58,420 nt of DNA. Source: Candidatus Omnitrophota bacterium (lineage in GTDB: Bacteria; Omnitrophota; Gorgyraeia; Tantalellales; Tantalellaceae). The stretch covers positions 1-58,420 of the forward strand of contig JBDRKO010000024.1 in NCBI GenBank assembly GCA_043813915.1, in the 5' to 3' direction. A program made the translations under genes and the position numbers. Of the stretch, positions 1-7,070 are shown one piece after another; position 1 is the stretch's first letter; every line of letters begins with the position of its first letter. The notes beneath the pieces are model-generated. The model was not told where the DNA came from, did no database searches, and was given only the letters and a program-made list of their open reading frames with translations.

Positions 1-305
1 TCCTGTCGATAGCGCCGCCCGATTTCAAGCGCGGCCTGAATATGGGCGATCTTGGCCCCGCCCAACCCCTTGAACTCTTTCCAGTCCCGGGCGTCAGTGT
101 GAGCCATGTTGCGGAATGTGCTGAATTTCTTTAAGATTTTGCGTGCGAGGTCGATTGCGCTGGTGCCCTGCGTACCGGTACGAAGAAGAATCGCCAGAAG
201 CTCGGAATTACTCAAAGCCCCTGCGCCCTTTTTGAGGAGTTTCTCTCTCGGCCTGTCATCTATCGGCCAAGACTTTATGCCTGATATTTTTCTTTCCTTC
301 ACCAT
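1..305 (-). CDS. radC: RadC-family (HhH + JAB) DNA repair protein, N-terminal part; gene continues past the left edge
   Basis: Absent from the ORF track because no stop lies in the window. Reverse complement of 305..3 reads MVKERKISGIKSWPIDDRPREKLLKKGAGALSNSELLAILLRTGTQGTSAIDLARKILKKFSTFRN...FKGLGGAKIAHIQAALEIGRRYRQ. This matches the conserved RadC N-terminus (RPREKL, ELLAILLRTG, GxAKAxxxxAAxExxRR). Confidence 0.8.
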   Translation of the reverse strand, partial: MVKERKISGIKSWPIDDRPREKLLKKGAGALSNSELLAILLRTGTQGTSAIDLARKILKKFSTFRNMAHTDARDWKEFKGLGGAKIAHIQAALEIGRRYRQ

Positions 306-337
306 TCTTCTCTTCTCTGTTCTTCACTTAAAATACT

Positions 338-601
338 GAGCCCATTGTGAGCCATTAATGAGCCAATTGAGCCATTTATGAGCCAACCGACCCTTTTGCC
401 CCATTACCGCATCTATGTCCCGTTTGTCCCCTTTGTGTCCCCTTAGGCTAATCGCGCACTAATCGCGCAATGTCCGATATGTCCGTTAAATGTCCGAAAT
501 CTCTGCTCGTCAAAAAGAGCCATGAATAGAGACATTTTTTAAATATTCGAGCCAAAATCTAATCGAGCCATAAATCGGGCCATTTTCAGCAAAATCGAGC
601 C
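338..601. repeat. Dense array of short direct words (GAGCCA x9 plus 2 variants; ATGTCC/TGTCCC x7; TAATCGCGCA x2) between radC and the DUF4062 gene
   Basis: GAGCC(A/C) starts at 338, 349, 360, 369 and 380 (spacing 11, 11, 9, 11), then at 517, 549, 565, 578 (GGGCCA) and 596. ATGTCC-type words lie at 415-495. CTAATCGCGCA is doubled at ~448-469. Confidence 0.85.
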
Positions 602-602
602 A

Positions 603-2072
603 CTAAGGTTTTTTGTACTTAACAGCCCTGCCCGATCCTTCCTGAACAATAAGGCTCTCAGCTAAGAGTTGCCGCAAGTCACGCTGTGCCGAACGAATAG
701 AAGTATTAAATCGTTGGGCATAATCCTTCCTACTAATAACTTCCCCCTTATTATAAATTAATTGCAACACTTCCAATTGTCGCTTATTCAAATGGGAGAG
801 ATCGGTCATTCTATTGGCTGGAATGCTTGGCGCAAGATCCAAAATCCTATCCCCGGGACCATAAAATTTAACAACAAAGAAATCCCCTTCCTCCGAGAAC
901 TCCGGAGCTGAAAGGCCATGCTCTTTCATAAGTTTCTTCATCTTTTCTATTCCAGTACCAAAGCGTTCCATATCCAAAGTCTCATGAAAGATACCACAGA
1001 TGGCCTTATTGCGTGTCGCATGAGTGCCTTCCAACTTCTTAATGTTTAGACCGGGCAAAAGCCCGCCGGGATTGCGAACCTCAACACGATCATCAAAAAC
1101 AGCTACCATAATTGGCGCGCCTTGACGGTTGTAGTTGCGATGAGCTATTGCATTAATGACCGCTTCACGAATAGCCTCGAAAGGGTATTCGGGAATATCT
1201 ACCCGTTTAAACTCGACGATCTTGTTCGCCAAGCGAGTGTTCCGCACGAAGAATGCCTGCACCTGAGCAAGCATTTTATAAATAGGCCCTTTGATCTCTT
1301 GCGAATCTATAAACTCTGAACGCGTTGTCCCTTTGAATCGGGCAATACGAATCTCATGGTTCGTGATGATGTCGGAAGGATTTTTACCGAAGAATAGAAT
1401 TCCTGTATTCGTAGGCCGTAGCCCGCCATCTTCTTTTTTAACAACTTTAAGGACGTTGGTCAGGATATCCTTAATTGATGTCTTCGGAACTTTAACATTA
1501 AGCTTGGTAGCGCGATTCTGCAGAAAATCTTTCACGCACTGCTCGTCGATTGCGTCATAGCCCACTTCACGAGGAATCGCCTCATCAAAAGGCCCTTTAC
1601 TAACTTCGCCTTTATCATCCAAGAATGAAATCAAACTATTGAGCACTTGAACCTTTAGATCGTCAACACTGCGGAATCTTTTGTAAATAAATACAGCTTT
1701 TATGGATTTAAAGAAGGCCTGCTCATCTTTATCCCGCTTTGAGTCATCTCCAGACGTTCCTTTCACAAAAACAAGAATTTCTCCGCGCGGGCATTCTTTT
1801 TGAAACTTCCTGAATTCTCGCTCTGTCGCCGAGAAACCGTCTTTGCCTTTATCTCCATAGTCCTTACCCAGAATCCCAAGATAAATATCACTGTCGCAAA
1901 CATGCTTCAAGTATGTTGCCGCTGGCGACTTACCCTTTGCGGGAAGATCCTCAAAAAGGAATACATCAAAGCACTGCCGCAAAGTCGAGTTGCCGTTGAT
2001 CAAATCCTTGATCGCGAACCTCTCATCACGAAGCTCTTTTTGATTAGCACTGACAAATATTTTATATTTCAT
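603..2072 (-). CDS. DUF4062 domain fused to a RecG-C-terminal-like HATPase_c_4 module and a C-terminal winged HTH; putative DNA-binding / conflict-system protein
   Basis: 489-aa ORF. The N-terminal ~110 aa fit the DUF4062 pattern (KIFVSANQKELRDER...VCDSDIYLGILGKDYGD). Residues ~300-400 carry the HATPase_c_4 signature (EAIREAVINAIAHRNY..VEVRNPGGL..ATRNKAI..ERFGTGIEKM). The tail looks like a wHTH (LNKRQLEVLQLIY..SIRSAQRDLRQL). The ATG at 2072 is 1 nt after the stop of the XRE gene. Confidence 0.7.
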   Translation of the reverse strand: MKYKIFVSANQKELRDERFAIKDLINGNSTLRQCFDVFLFEDLPAKGKSPAATYLKHVCDSDIYLGILGKDYGDKGKDGFSATEREFRKFQKECPRGEILVFVKGTSGDDSKRDKDEQAFFKSIKAVFIYKRFRSVDDLKVQVLNSLISFLDDKGEVSKGPFDEAIPREVGYDAIDEQCVKDFLQNRATKLNVKVPKTSIKDILTNVLKVVKKEDGGLRPTNTGILFFGKNPSDIITNHEIRIARFKGTTRSEFIDSQEIKGPIYKMLAQVQAFFVRNTRLANKIVEFKRVDIPEYPFEAIREAVINAIAHRNYNRQGAPIMVAVFDDRVEVRNPGGLLPGLNIKKLEGTHATRNKAICGIFHETLDMERFGTGIEKMKKLMKEHGLSAPEFSEEGDFFVVKFYGPGDRILDLAPSIPANRMTDLSHLNKRQLEVLQLIYNKGEVISRKDYAQRFNTSIRSAQRDLRQLLAESLIVQEGSGRAVKYKKP

Positions 2073-2073
2073 C

Positions 2074-2286
2074 TTACTTGACCTCTTTTGTGCTCTTAGC
2101 CGAAAATGTTATTTTCTTTTTGGTTAAATACTTCTCGACGTGATACTGCTGAATTTTGCTGGGAACGGTCTTGCCGTTAAACCAGCGGCTCACGGTCGAA
2201 AAAGCAACGCCCAGCTCTTTGGCTAAATCCTGCTGAGTAATCTTGTTTTCAAGACGGTACAGTTCTAATTTTTTTATCATATCCAT
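2074..2286 (-). CDS. XRE-family helix-turn-helix transcriptional regulator
   Basis: ORF track gives 2074..2340. HTH core is ITQQDLAKELGVAFSTVSRWFNGKTVP. I place the start at ATG 2286 (MDMIKKLELY) because AGGAG lies 8 nt upstream; the longer 2340 start cannot be excluded. The stop is 1 nt from the next gene's ATG. Confidence 0.8.
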   Translation of the reverse strand: MDMIKKLELYRLENKITQQDLAKELGVAFSTVSRWFNGKTVPSKIQQYHVEKYLTKKKITFSAKSTKEVK

Positions 2287-2411
2287 ATGCCTAGCTCCTG
2301 TGGTTAGCATAGTCATTTTCCCCTTTTGCGCATATTGCATCTTATAGCACAGAATTAATTAAAAGTCAATGTGAAACTACCGATAAAAAACCGTGAGGGT
2401 AACAAGACTGC

Positions 2412-2447
2412 CCTATGAAATAGGACAATTGTTCTATGGAATAGAAC
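2412..2447. promoter_or_regulatory. Two related palindromes (CCTATgaaATAGG and GTTCTATggaATAGAAC); candidate operator upstream of the XRE gene
   Basis: 2412-2424 and 2431-2447 share a CTAT-N3-ATAG core. They lie ~125-175 nt upstream of the preferred XRE start (2286), or 72-107 nt upstream of the 2340 alternative. Both are in the gap after ORF 2456..2728. Confidence 0.4.
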
Positions 2448-2455
2448 AGGCGGGA

Positions 2456-2728
2456 TTAAAGGACGGATTCTTGAAGCTTGCCGGTCGTTGCATCCACAAT
2501 CCGGAAATGGGTCTTGCCGGTGCGATCCTTCCACTGCTCCTCGATATTCAGACTCCAGTCCCCCAGTGGCATAACTTTCTGGATCTCCCGCAGGCGAAGT
2601 TTACCGGCCGGGACCGCGCCCAAAAGATCGCCCTCGGTTGAGATGTTTTCCACGTAAACTTCCTCGCCAGCCAGCCGGACGCTGATGTAGCGGGTTTTCT
2701 TAACAGCTTGCTCAATAATCTTTGCCAT
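2456..2728 (-). CDS. hypothetical protein (90 aa), first gene of the XRE/DUF4062 module
   Basis: Clean ORF with a strong SD (GGGAGG) 6-8 nt upstream of ATG 2728. No recognisable motif. The overlapping ORFs 2393..2641(+) and 2548..2832(-) lack comparable signals. Confidence 0.55.
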   Translation of the reverse strand: MAKIIEQAVKKTRYISVRLAGEEVYVENISTEGDLLGAVPAGKLRLREIQKVMPLGDWSLNIEEQWKDRTGKTHFRIVDATTGKLQESVL

Positions 2729-2924
2729 GCGCCTACCTCCCTTTTGGGGTCAAGTAGGCCATAGGGTTGAGCGGTTGGCAAGGGATTTATTGGGGTTACG
2801 AGCCTACCCCTCCCATATGAATAATATGCCATAACCTGCTTTAATATTGATAGTTACAGAGAATTTAGGAAGGCTTTTTTGTCATAAATAATCTACACTT
2901 TTTGTGACAAGATTTTTGGGGCCT

Positions 2925-3180
2925 AATGTTCAGTAATTAGTGAACATTACCTATCGAGTGAACATTAAATGTCCACCGGCCGGAAATGTCCACTATTTAC
3001 GAGACATTTCAATTTAGTGGACATTTGCATGTCCATCCATGTCCATCAAAACGGCCTTTTTTGACCTTCCCGGACACCCACAGGACACCCCTTAAATCGC
3101 CTGTTTTCCGACGCTGGGCGCTTGTTTTGGCCGGGTTGACATTGATGCCCAAACTGCCAATTGCGTGGACATGGACATCG
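2925..3180. repeat. Iteron-like word array (GTGAACATTA x2, AAATGTCCAC x2, GTGGACATTT, ATGTCCAT x2, GGACAT x2, CGGACACCC/GGACACCCC)
   Basis: Read directly from the sequence: 2949-2965 region (GTGAACATTA twice), 2966-2973 and 2983-2990 (AAATGTCC), 3019-3026 (GGACATTT), 3029-3044 (ATGTCCAT twice), 3070-3092 and 3165-3178. Confidence 0.8.
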
Positions 3181-3402
3181 ATTTTTTTGACCACTATCAC
3201 TGGCTCCTTGCGCCTCGCCCGACCCTCACCCAAGCCCCCTTCCAAGGACCCGTGGCACCTGCCAGCATAAAAAATCCCTGCGACCACGCCTATCGGCATA
3301 ACCATAGGGACTTGAGTTGCTAAAACGATGCTGATCCTTACAACGCCCCGACTACCGCCTCTGCCAAGCTTCTCATCGCATTACTATAATCCTGCCACCG
3401 GC

Positions 3403-3470
3403 CACCCGAAGGTTTTTAAAAAGACCTTCATAGAATAACCTCCGATGGTCTTTTTAAAAACCTACGGGTG
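3403..3470. repeat. 24-bp inverted repeat (23/24) with 20-nt loop
   Basis: 3403-3426 CACCCGAAGGTTTTTAAAAAGACC pairs with 3447-3470 GGTCTTTTTAAAAACCTACGGGTG. Confidence 0.85.
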
Positions 3471-3475
3471 CCACA

Positions 3476-3499
3476 TTCCACGCACGGTAGTGTGGGGAA
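3476..3499. repeat. Degenerate copy of the TTCCCCACAC-N4-GTGTGGGGAA hairpin family
   Basis: TTCCACGCACggtaGTGTGGGGAA. Compare 5991-6014 and 27237-27258. Confidence 0.7.
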
Positions 3500-3595
3500 T
3501 TCTCGTTTATGCTTAGTCATATGTTTTCTCATTTTATTCGATCGTGCCGCCCAAATGTCCTGATATATATCTTTTTACTAACGATGCTTTATCCT

Positions 3596-4351
3596 TTAAT
3601 ACCCTCTTTTGCTCTTGATCTCTTGAGCCTGTTTTTTTATCATTACCATTTCTTCCGGGTCAATTAAGCTATCAATGGTGCCGATCATGTCAGGATACTG
3701 CTGTTCTATCCCCTTTGCCATACCGTCAAAAATAAGATCATAGCTATAAAGTTGGCCGGGCCTATACTTCTTACTATGCGCGTATTCATCATAGGTTACC
3801 TTGTTAACATATGGGAACTCAAAACTCTTAAAGGAAATAGTTTTTACCCACATTAACTCTCGCGTAGCAATCTCTTTCATCTCCAAAATAAACTTGCCGC
3901 TGATCACGGCATTCCCGGTCTGGATCTGATCCGCAGCAGGTACCCAAATATTTTCAGCTTTCTCTTGTTGATCCTTTAACATAACTGACAATTCTACTGT
4001 CGGGAGCAATAACAGATCAATGACTTTTTTGTCCTGAAACGGCATTAGATCGTAAGACTCATAAGGACCACGAACATTAAACCCTTTTGCAGTAATGACC
4101 TTGAACAGATCTTCCTGTATAGATCCCAAAAGATCAGCAAATCGTGGAGAGGTAAACCAGTGTATACCATTAGTGGTCTTGTAAAAAGTATTTGCTATCG
4201 TAAACGTCACATTGGCCGAATCGGGAGTTTCCTCAAGAGGTGTCGTATGGTCAGAATTCTCTGTGTATTTTTCGTTTTCTTGCGCCGCAGCCGGCATCAT
4301 AACGCACCAGATGAACCCTAAACATAAAAACAAAGCTAATGATCCTTTCAT
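3596..4351 (-). CDS. exported hypothetical protein
   Basis: N-terminal signal peptide MKGSLALFLCLGFIWCVMMPAAAQ followed by a soluble domain. No family recognised. Confidence 0.6.
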   Translation of the reverse strand: MKGSLALFLCLGFIWCVMMPAAAQENEKYTENSDHTTPLEETPDSANVTFTIANTFYKTTNGIHWFTSPRFADLLGSIQEDLFKVITAKGFNVRGPYESYDLMPFQDKKVIDLLLLPTVELSVMLKDQQEKAENIWVPAADQIQTGNAVISGKFILEMKEIATRELMWVKTISFKSFEFPYVNKVTYDEYAHSKKYRPGQLYSYDLIFDGMAKGIEQQYPDMIGTIDSLIDPEEMVMIKKQAQEIKSKRGY

Positions 4352-4417
4352 TTCATTCCCCTTTTCTTGCCACTCATTCAGCCCCCGCGCATTGGGTCAA
4401 AGTATTCGGGTATTTCA

Positions 4418-5302
4418 TTACGATGGTTCGATATGGACGGAAATAAAAACATCCTCTCCGAACACTTCTTTTATTTTTTTCTCTACCATTGTTGAGATAT
4501 CGTGACCTTTCTCGATATTCAGATCCTTATTTACTTTGATGTGCAGTTCTACGGCAATGTGGTTGCCTATTTTCCGTGTTTTTAAATTATGCGGCATATT
4601 AGCGCCCGGAACAGATCGGACAACATCCATTATCCTATTCTCCGTTCTATCATCTAAAGACGCGTCAATTAATTCGTTAATGCCGTCGGCAGAGATCACA
4701 ATAGCCGTTTTTATAATAAAAAAACTCACTACGATCGCGGCTATGGGATCAAGAATATGCCATCTTTCTCCGAGCATTATAGCGCCCCCTATGCCTATCA
4801 TGGTCGCAATGGAAGAAAAAGCATCTGATCTATGATGCCACGCATTAGCAATAACTGCCCGGCTGTTGATCCCCTTGCCAGTCTTTAAAGTATACCGATA
4901 TAACCACTCCTTGCTTATTATGGAAATTACGGCAACATAGAACGCTATCAAACCCGGCTCAGGGATCGATCGCCCCTGATAAAATTTAAAAACGCGGTAA
5001 GATCCTGACCAACAGATCTTTAGCCCCGCCGCAAGCAAAACCACTCCTATAACCACTAAAACTAAAGTCTCAACTTTACCGTGTCCATAATCATGGCTTT
5101 TGTCCGCCGGCTTATCTATTATCCTAAACCCGAGCAGCACCACGATATCCGTCCCGAGATCCGAAAGGGAATGAAAAGCGTCGGCTATCATGGCCGCGCT
5201 TTTCCCGTAAATACCCGCTAATAATTTTAAACAGGTCAAAAAAACATTGGAAAAAAGCCCTATCCATGTAACACGGTTTGCTTTGAAAGTCCTGCTATTC
5301 AT
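4418..5302 (-). CDS. cation diffusion facilitator (CDF) family metal efflux transporter
   Basis: Six TM segments with CDF signatures: ADAFHSLSDLGTD, DYGHGKVETL, WHHRSDAFSS. A C-terminal cytoplasmic domain is present (VELHIKV...VHIEP). Confidence 0.9.
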   Translation of the reverse strand: MNSRTFKANRVTWIGLFSNVFLTCLKLLAGIYGKSAAMIADAFHSLSDLGTDIVVLLGFRIIDKPADKSHDYGHGKVETLVLVVIGVVLLAAGLKICWSGSYRVFKFYQGRSIPEPGLIAFYVAVISIISKEWLYRYTLKTGKGINSRAVIANAWHHRSDAFSSIATMIGIGGAIMLGERWHILDPIAAIVVSFFIIKTAIVISADGINELIDASLDDRTENRIMDVVRSVPGANMPHNLKTRKIGNHIAVELHIKVNKDLNIEKGHDISTMVEKKIKEVFGEDVFISVHIEPS

Positions 5303-5373
5303 TTCACTCCCTTCGTCCGGTCTTCCTTGATCATCCTGCGCCTAAACATTTTCACTTCGCGTTAACCAGGGAT

Positions 5374-5390
5374 ACGGCATGCCGTGCCCC
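5374..5390. repeat. Half copy of the GC-rich palindrome family (ACGGCATGCCGTGCCCC)
   Basis: Shares the CGGCATGCCGTGCCCC core with 14883, 14960 and 32628. Lies 72 nt upstream of the CDF gene start. Confidence 0.7.
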
Positions 5391-5449
5391 GACTTATGTT
5401 TATCATTCCGTGCTCATGATCTATCATCACGATATATGCGTCCATCCTC

Positions 5450-5857
5450 TCATTTAGAAAAGTACTTTTTCACCTTGGCGATTATCTGTTTGTCCGTGAG
5501 CTTATCCGAAGGCTCGACAGCTCGGATCTTTCCCTCAAGATCTTTCACTTTTTTCATTTCTTTCGCAAATTCCGTTTTCGCCTCACCCGGACCAAAAATA
5601 AAGATCTCTTTAGCCATTTTAACATTCTGGATCAACTCTTGGAAGTAATTATGCAGCTGATGCTTGTGCCTTTCTTCCGGTTTTCTCTCGGAAACAGCAC
5701 TGGTCCCGGATGAACTCACTGATCTATATCCGCCGGACAAGCGGAAATGCGGTTCAACGTTTGATTCTATTTTTTTGAGCGAGGACTTGTTGTCATCCAA
5801 CAAAGTAATGACAAAGGCCTTCTCATGATCGATCCAAATACCAATATACTTATCCAT
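5450..5857 (-). CDS. hypothetical protein (135 aa)
   Basis: Clean ORF, no TM segments. The central segment FIFGPGEAKTEFAKEM loosely resembles the GPG-x-K loop of eRF1/Pelota-type central domains. This is speculative. Confidence 0.55.
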   Translation of the reverse strand: MDKYIGIWIDHEKAFVITLLDDNKSSLKKIESNVEPHFRLSGGYRSVSSSGTSAVSERKPEERHKHQLHNYFQELIQNVKMAKEIFIFGPGEAKTEFAKEMKKVKDLEGKIRAVEPSDKLTDKQIIAKVKKYFSK

Positions 5858-5922
5858 ATCACTCCTCCTATTTTATCCATCAGTTCCTTCAATAACCCCA
5901 ATATCATCCCGCGCCACTGTAA

Positions 5923-5978
5923 CCATCGGACACCCAAATGTCCTTATATATACACATGGACATTTGGGTGTCCGATGG
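5923..5978. repeat. Perfect 21-bp inverted repeat with a 14-nt AT-rich loop
   Basis: 5923-5943 CCATCGGACACCCAAATGTCC; loop TTATATATACACAT; 5958-5978 GGACATTTGGGTGTCCGATGG, the exact reverse complement. Confidence 0.9.
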
Positions 5979-5990
5979 TTTGTTTCTCCA

Positions 5991-6014
5991 TTCCCCACAC
6001 GGCAGTGTGGGGAA
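5991..6014. repeat. Perfect hairpin TTCCCCACAC-GGCA-GTGTGGGGAA
   Basis: 10-bp stem and 4-nt loop, between the stop at 6029 and the start at 5857. Confidence 0.9.
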
Positions 6015-6028
6015 ATCCGCGTCACGTA

Positions 6029-6703
6029 TTATTTCGGTATTTTTTCACCTTTCAAGATAGAAGGAAGAGGAGCGGAATCTATCCTCATACCGCCGTCATG
6101 CTCTATCTTTATAGTGTAAAGCATGCCGGGAATGAACATCGTCCCCGGCGCCTCTATTTGAGCGTTCTTTATTCCCGCTACTTTCGCTTTTTCATTATCT
6201 AAAGCGTATTCCCAGAACCTCCCCCAGAGCTTTTCCTCAAATCCGCTTTTCCCGCCATCTATCTTATACCCTTCAGGCACCTGCCGCGCCTCAGTTATAT
6301 CAAATTCCTGCGTATTTCTGCCGTCAAGCATAAATACTTTCCAAAAAAGATAAACGCTTTTACCGCGCAGTTTATCCGCGTTCTTGACATGGATATCAGC
6401 GAATCTGATGACCAATGATTGAAATTGTATGATATTGCCCGAGAAAGTAAAATATCTCGGTTCAAGAGGATCCCCTTTCGCGTTATATTCCAAAAATTTA
6501 ATAGTGGTCTTTTGTTTCCGTTCGTCCTCATCATACCGCACATTAGTGACCAATACCTCCGCTGAACGCGATTCCGCTTCCAACCGCTGAATGACCTGTT
6601 TTAGAACTTTGTTCTCATAAAATTGCGTTTTTATAAAACTTAAGAAAGCGTACGCCGTTATGATCAAAACGAATATCTTAAAGAACAGTTTTGTTTTTCT
6701 CAT
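6029..6703 (-). CDS. membrane-anchored hypothetical protein
   Basis: Single N-terminal TM (LFFKIFVLIITAYAFLSFI) and a ~190-aa soluble domain. Last gene of the cdaA-led gene string. Confidence 0.6.
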   Translation of the reverse strand: MRKTKLFFKIFVLIITAYAFLSFIKTQFYENKVLKQVIQRLEAESRSAEVLVTNVRYDEDERKQKTTIKFLEYNAKGDPLEPRYFTFSGNIIQFQSLVIRFADIHVKNADKLRGKSVYLFWKVFMLDGRNTQEFDITEARQVPEGYKIDGGKSGFEEKLWGRFWEYALDNEKAKVAGIKNAQIEAPGTMFIPGMLYTIKIEHDGGMRIDSAPLPSILKGEKIPK

Positions 6704-6709
6704 ATTGGG

Positions 6710-7054
6710 CTAACTCCGTTCTATATTTTTTTCATTACCCGACATGAACATAGCCGCGGCATCTTCATAGGTGATGTCATCCAGTATAGTTATTTCATGT
6801 ATCCGGCCCGAAAAGAAATAGAGGATCATATATGTGGAATCATCTATTTTATATAGCGCTTTTTCTTTCGGAATAGGCAGAAACCCCGATCTTAGTTTTT
6901 CTTCGAGCAAAGGAACTCCGTATTTTTTATTAACATATCTTTTATGCAGTCCTTGTTTTATCGCAAACGTCTCATATCCGTCTCCATAGCTTACGGATGT
7001 GCCTGTTAAATAAACTGCGAAGCATATAAAGACAGCTAGAAGTTTTCTCATCAT
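6710..7054 (-). CDS. small exported hypothetical protein
   Basis: Signal peptide MMRKLLAVFICFAVYLTGTSVSYG. Separated by 6 nt from the next gene. Confidence 0.55.
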   Translation of the reverse strand: MMRKLLAVFICFAVYLTGTSVSYGDGYETFAIKQGLHKRYVNKKYGVPLLEEKLRSGFLPIPKEKALYKIDDSTYMILYFFSGRIHEITILDDITYEDAAAMFMSGNEKNIERS

Positions 7055-7070
7055 TCCCTCCCCTCTCCGG

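Noticed and set aside
2986-3305. Two mutually antisense ORFs (2986..3270 plus strand, 3009..3305 minus strand) in the long non-coding stretch
   Set aside because: They overlap each other completely and run through ATGTCC/GGACAT iterons. They have no SD and no recognisable domains. I treat the region as non-coding.
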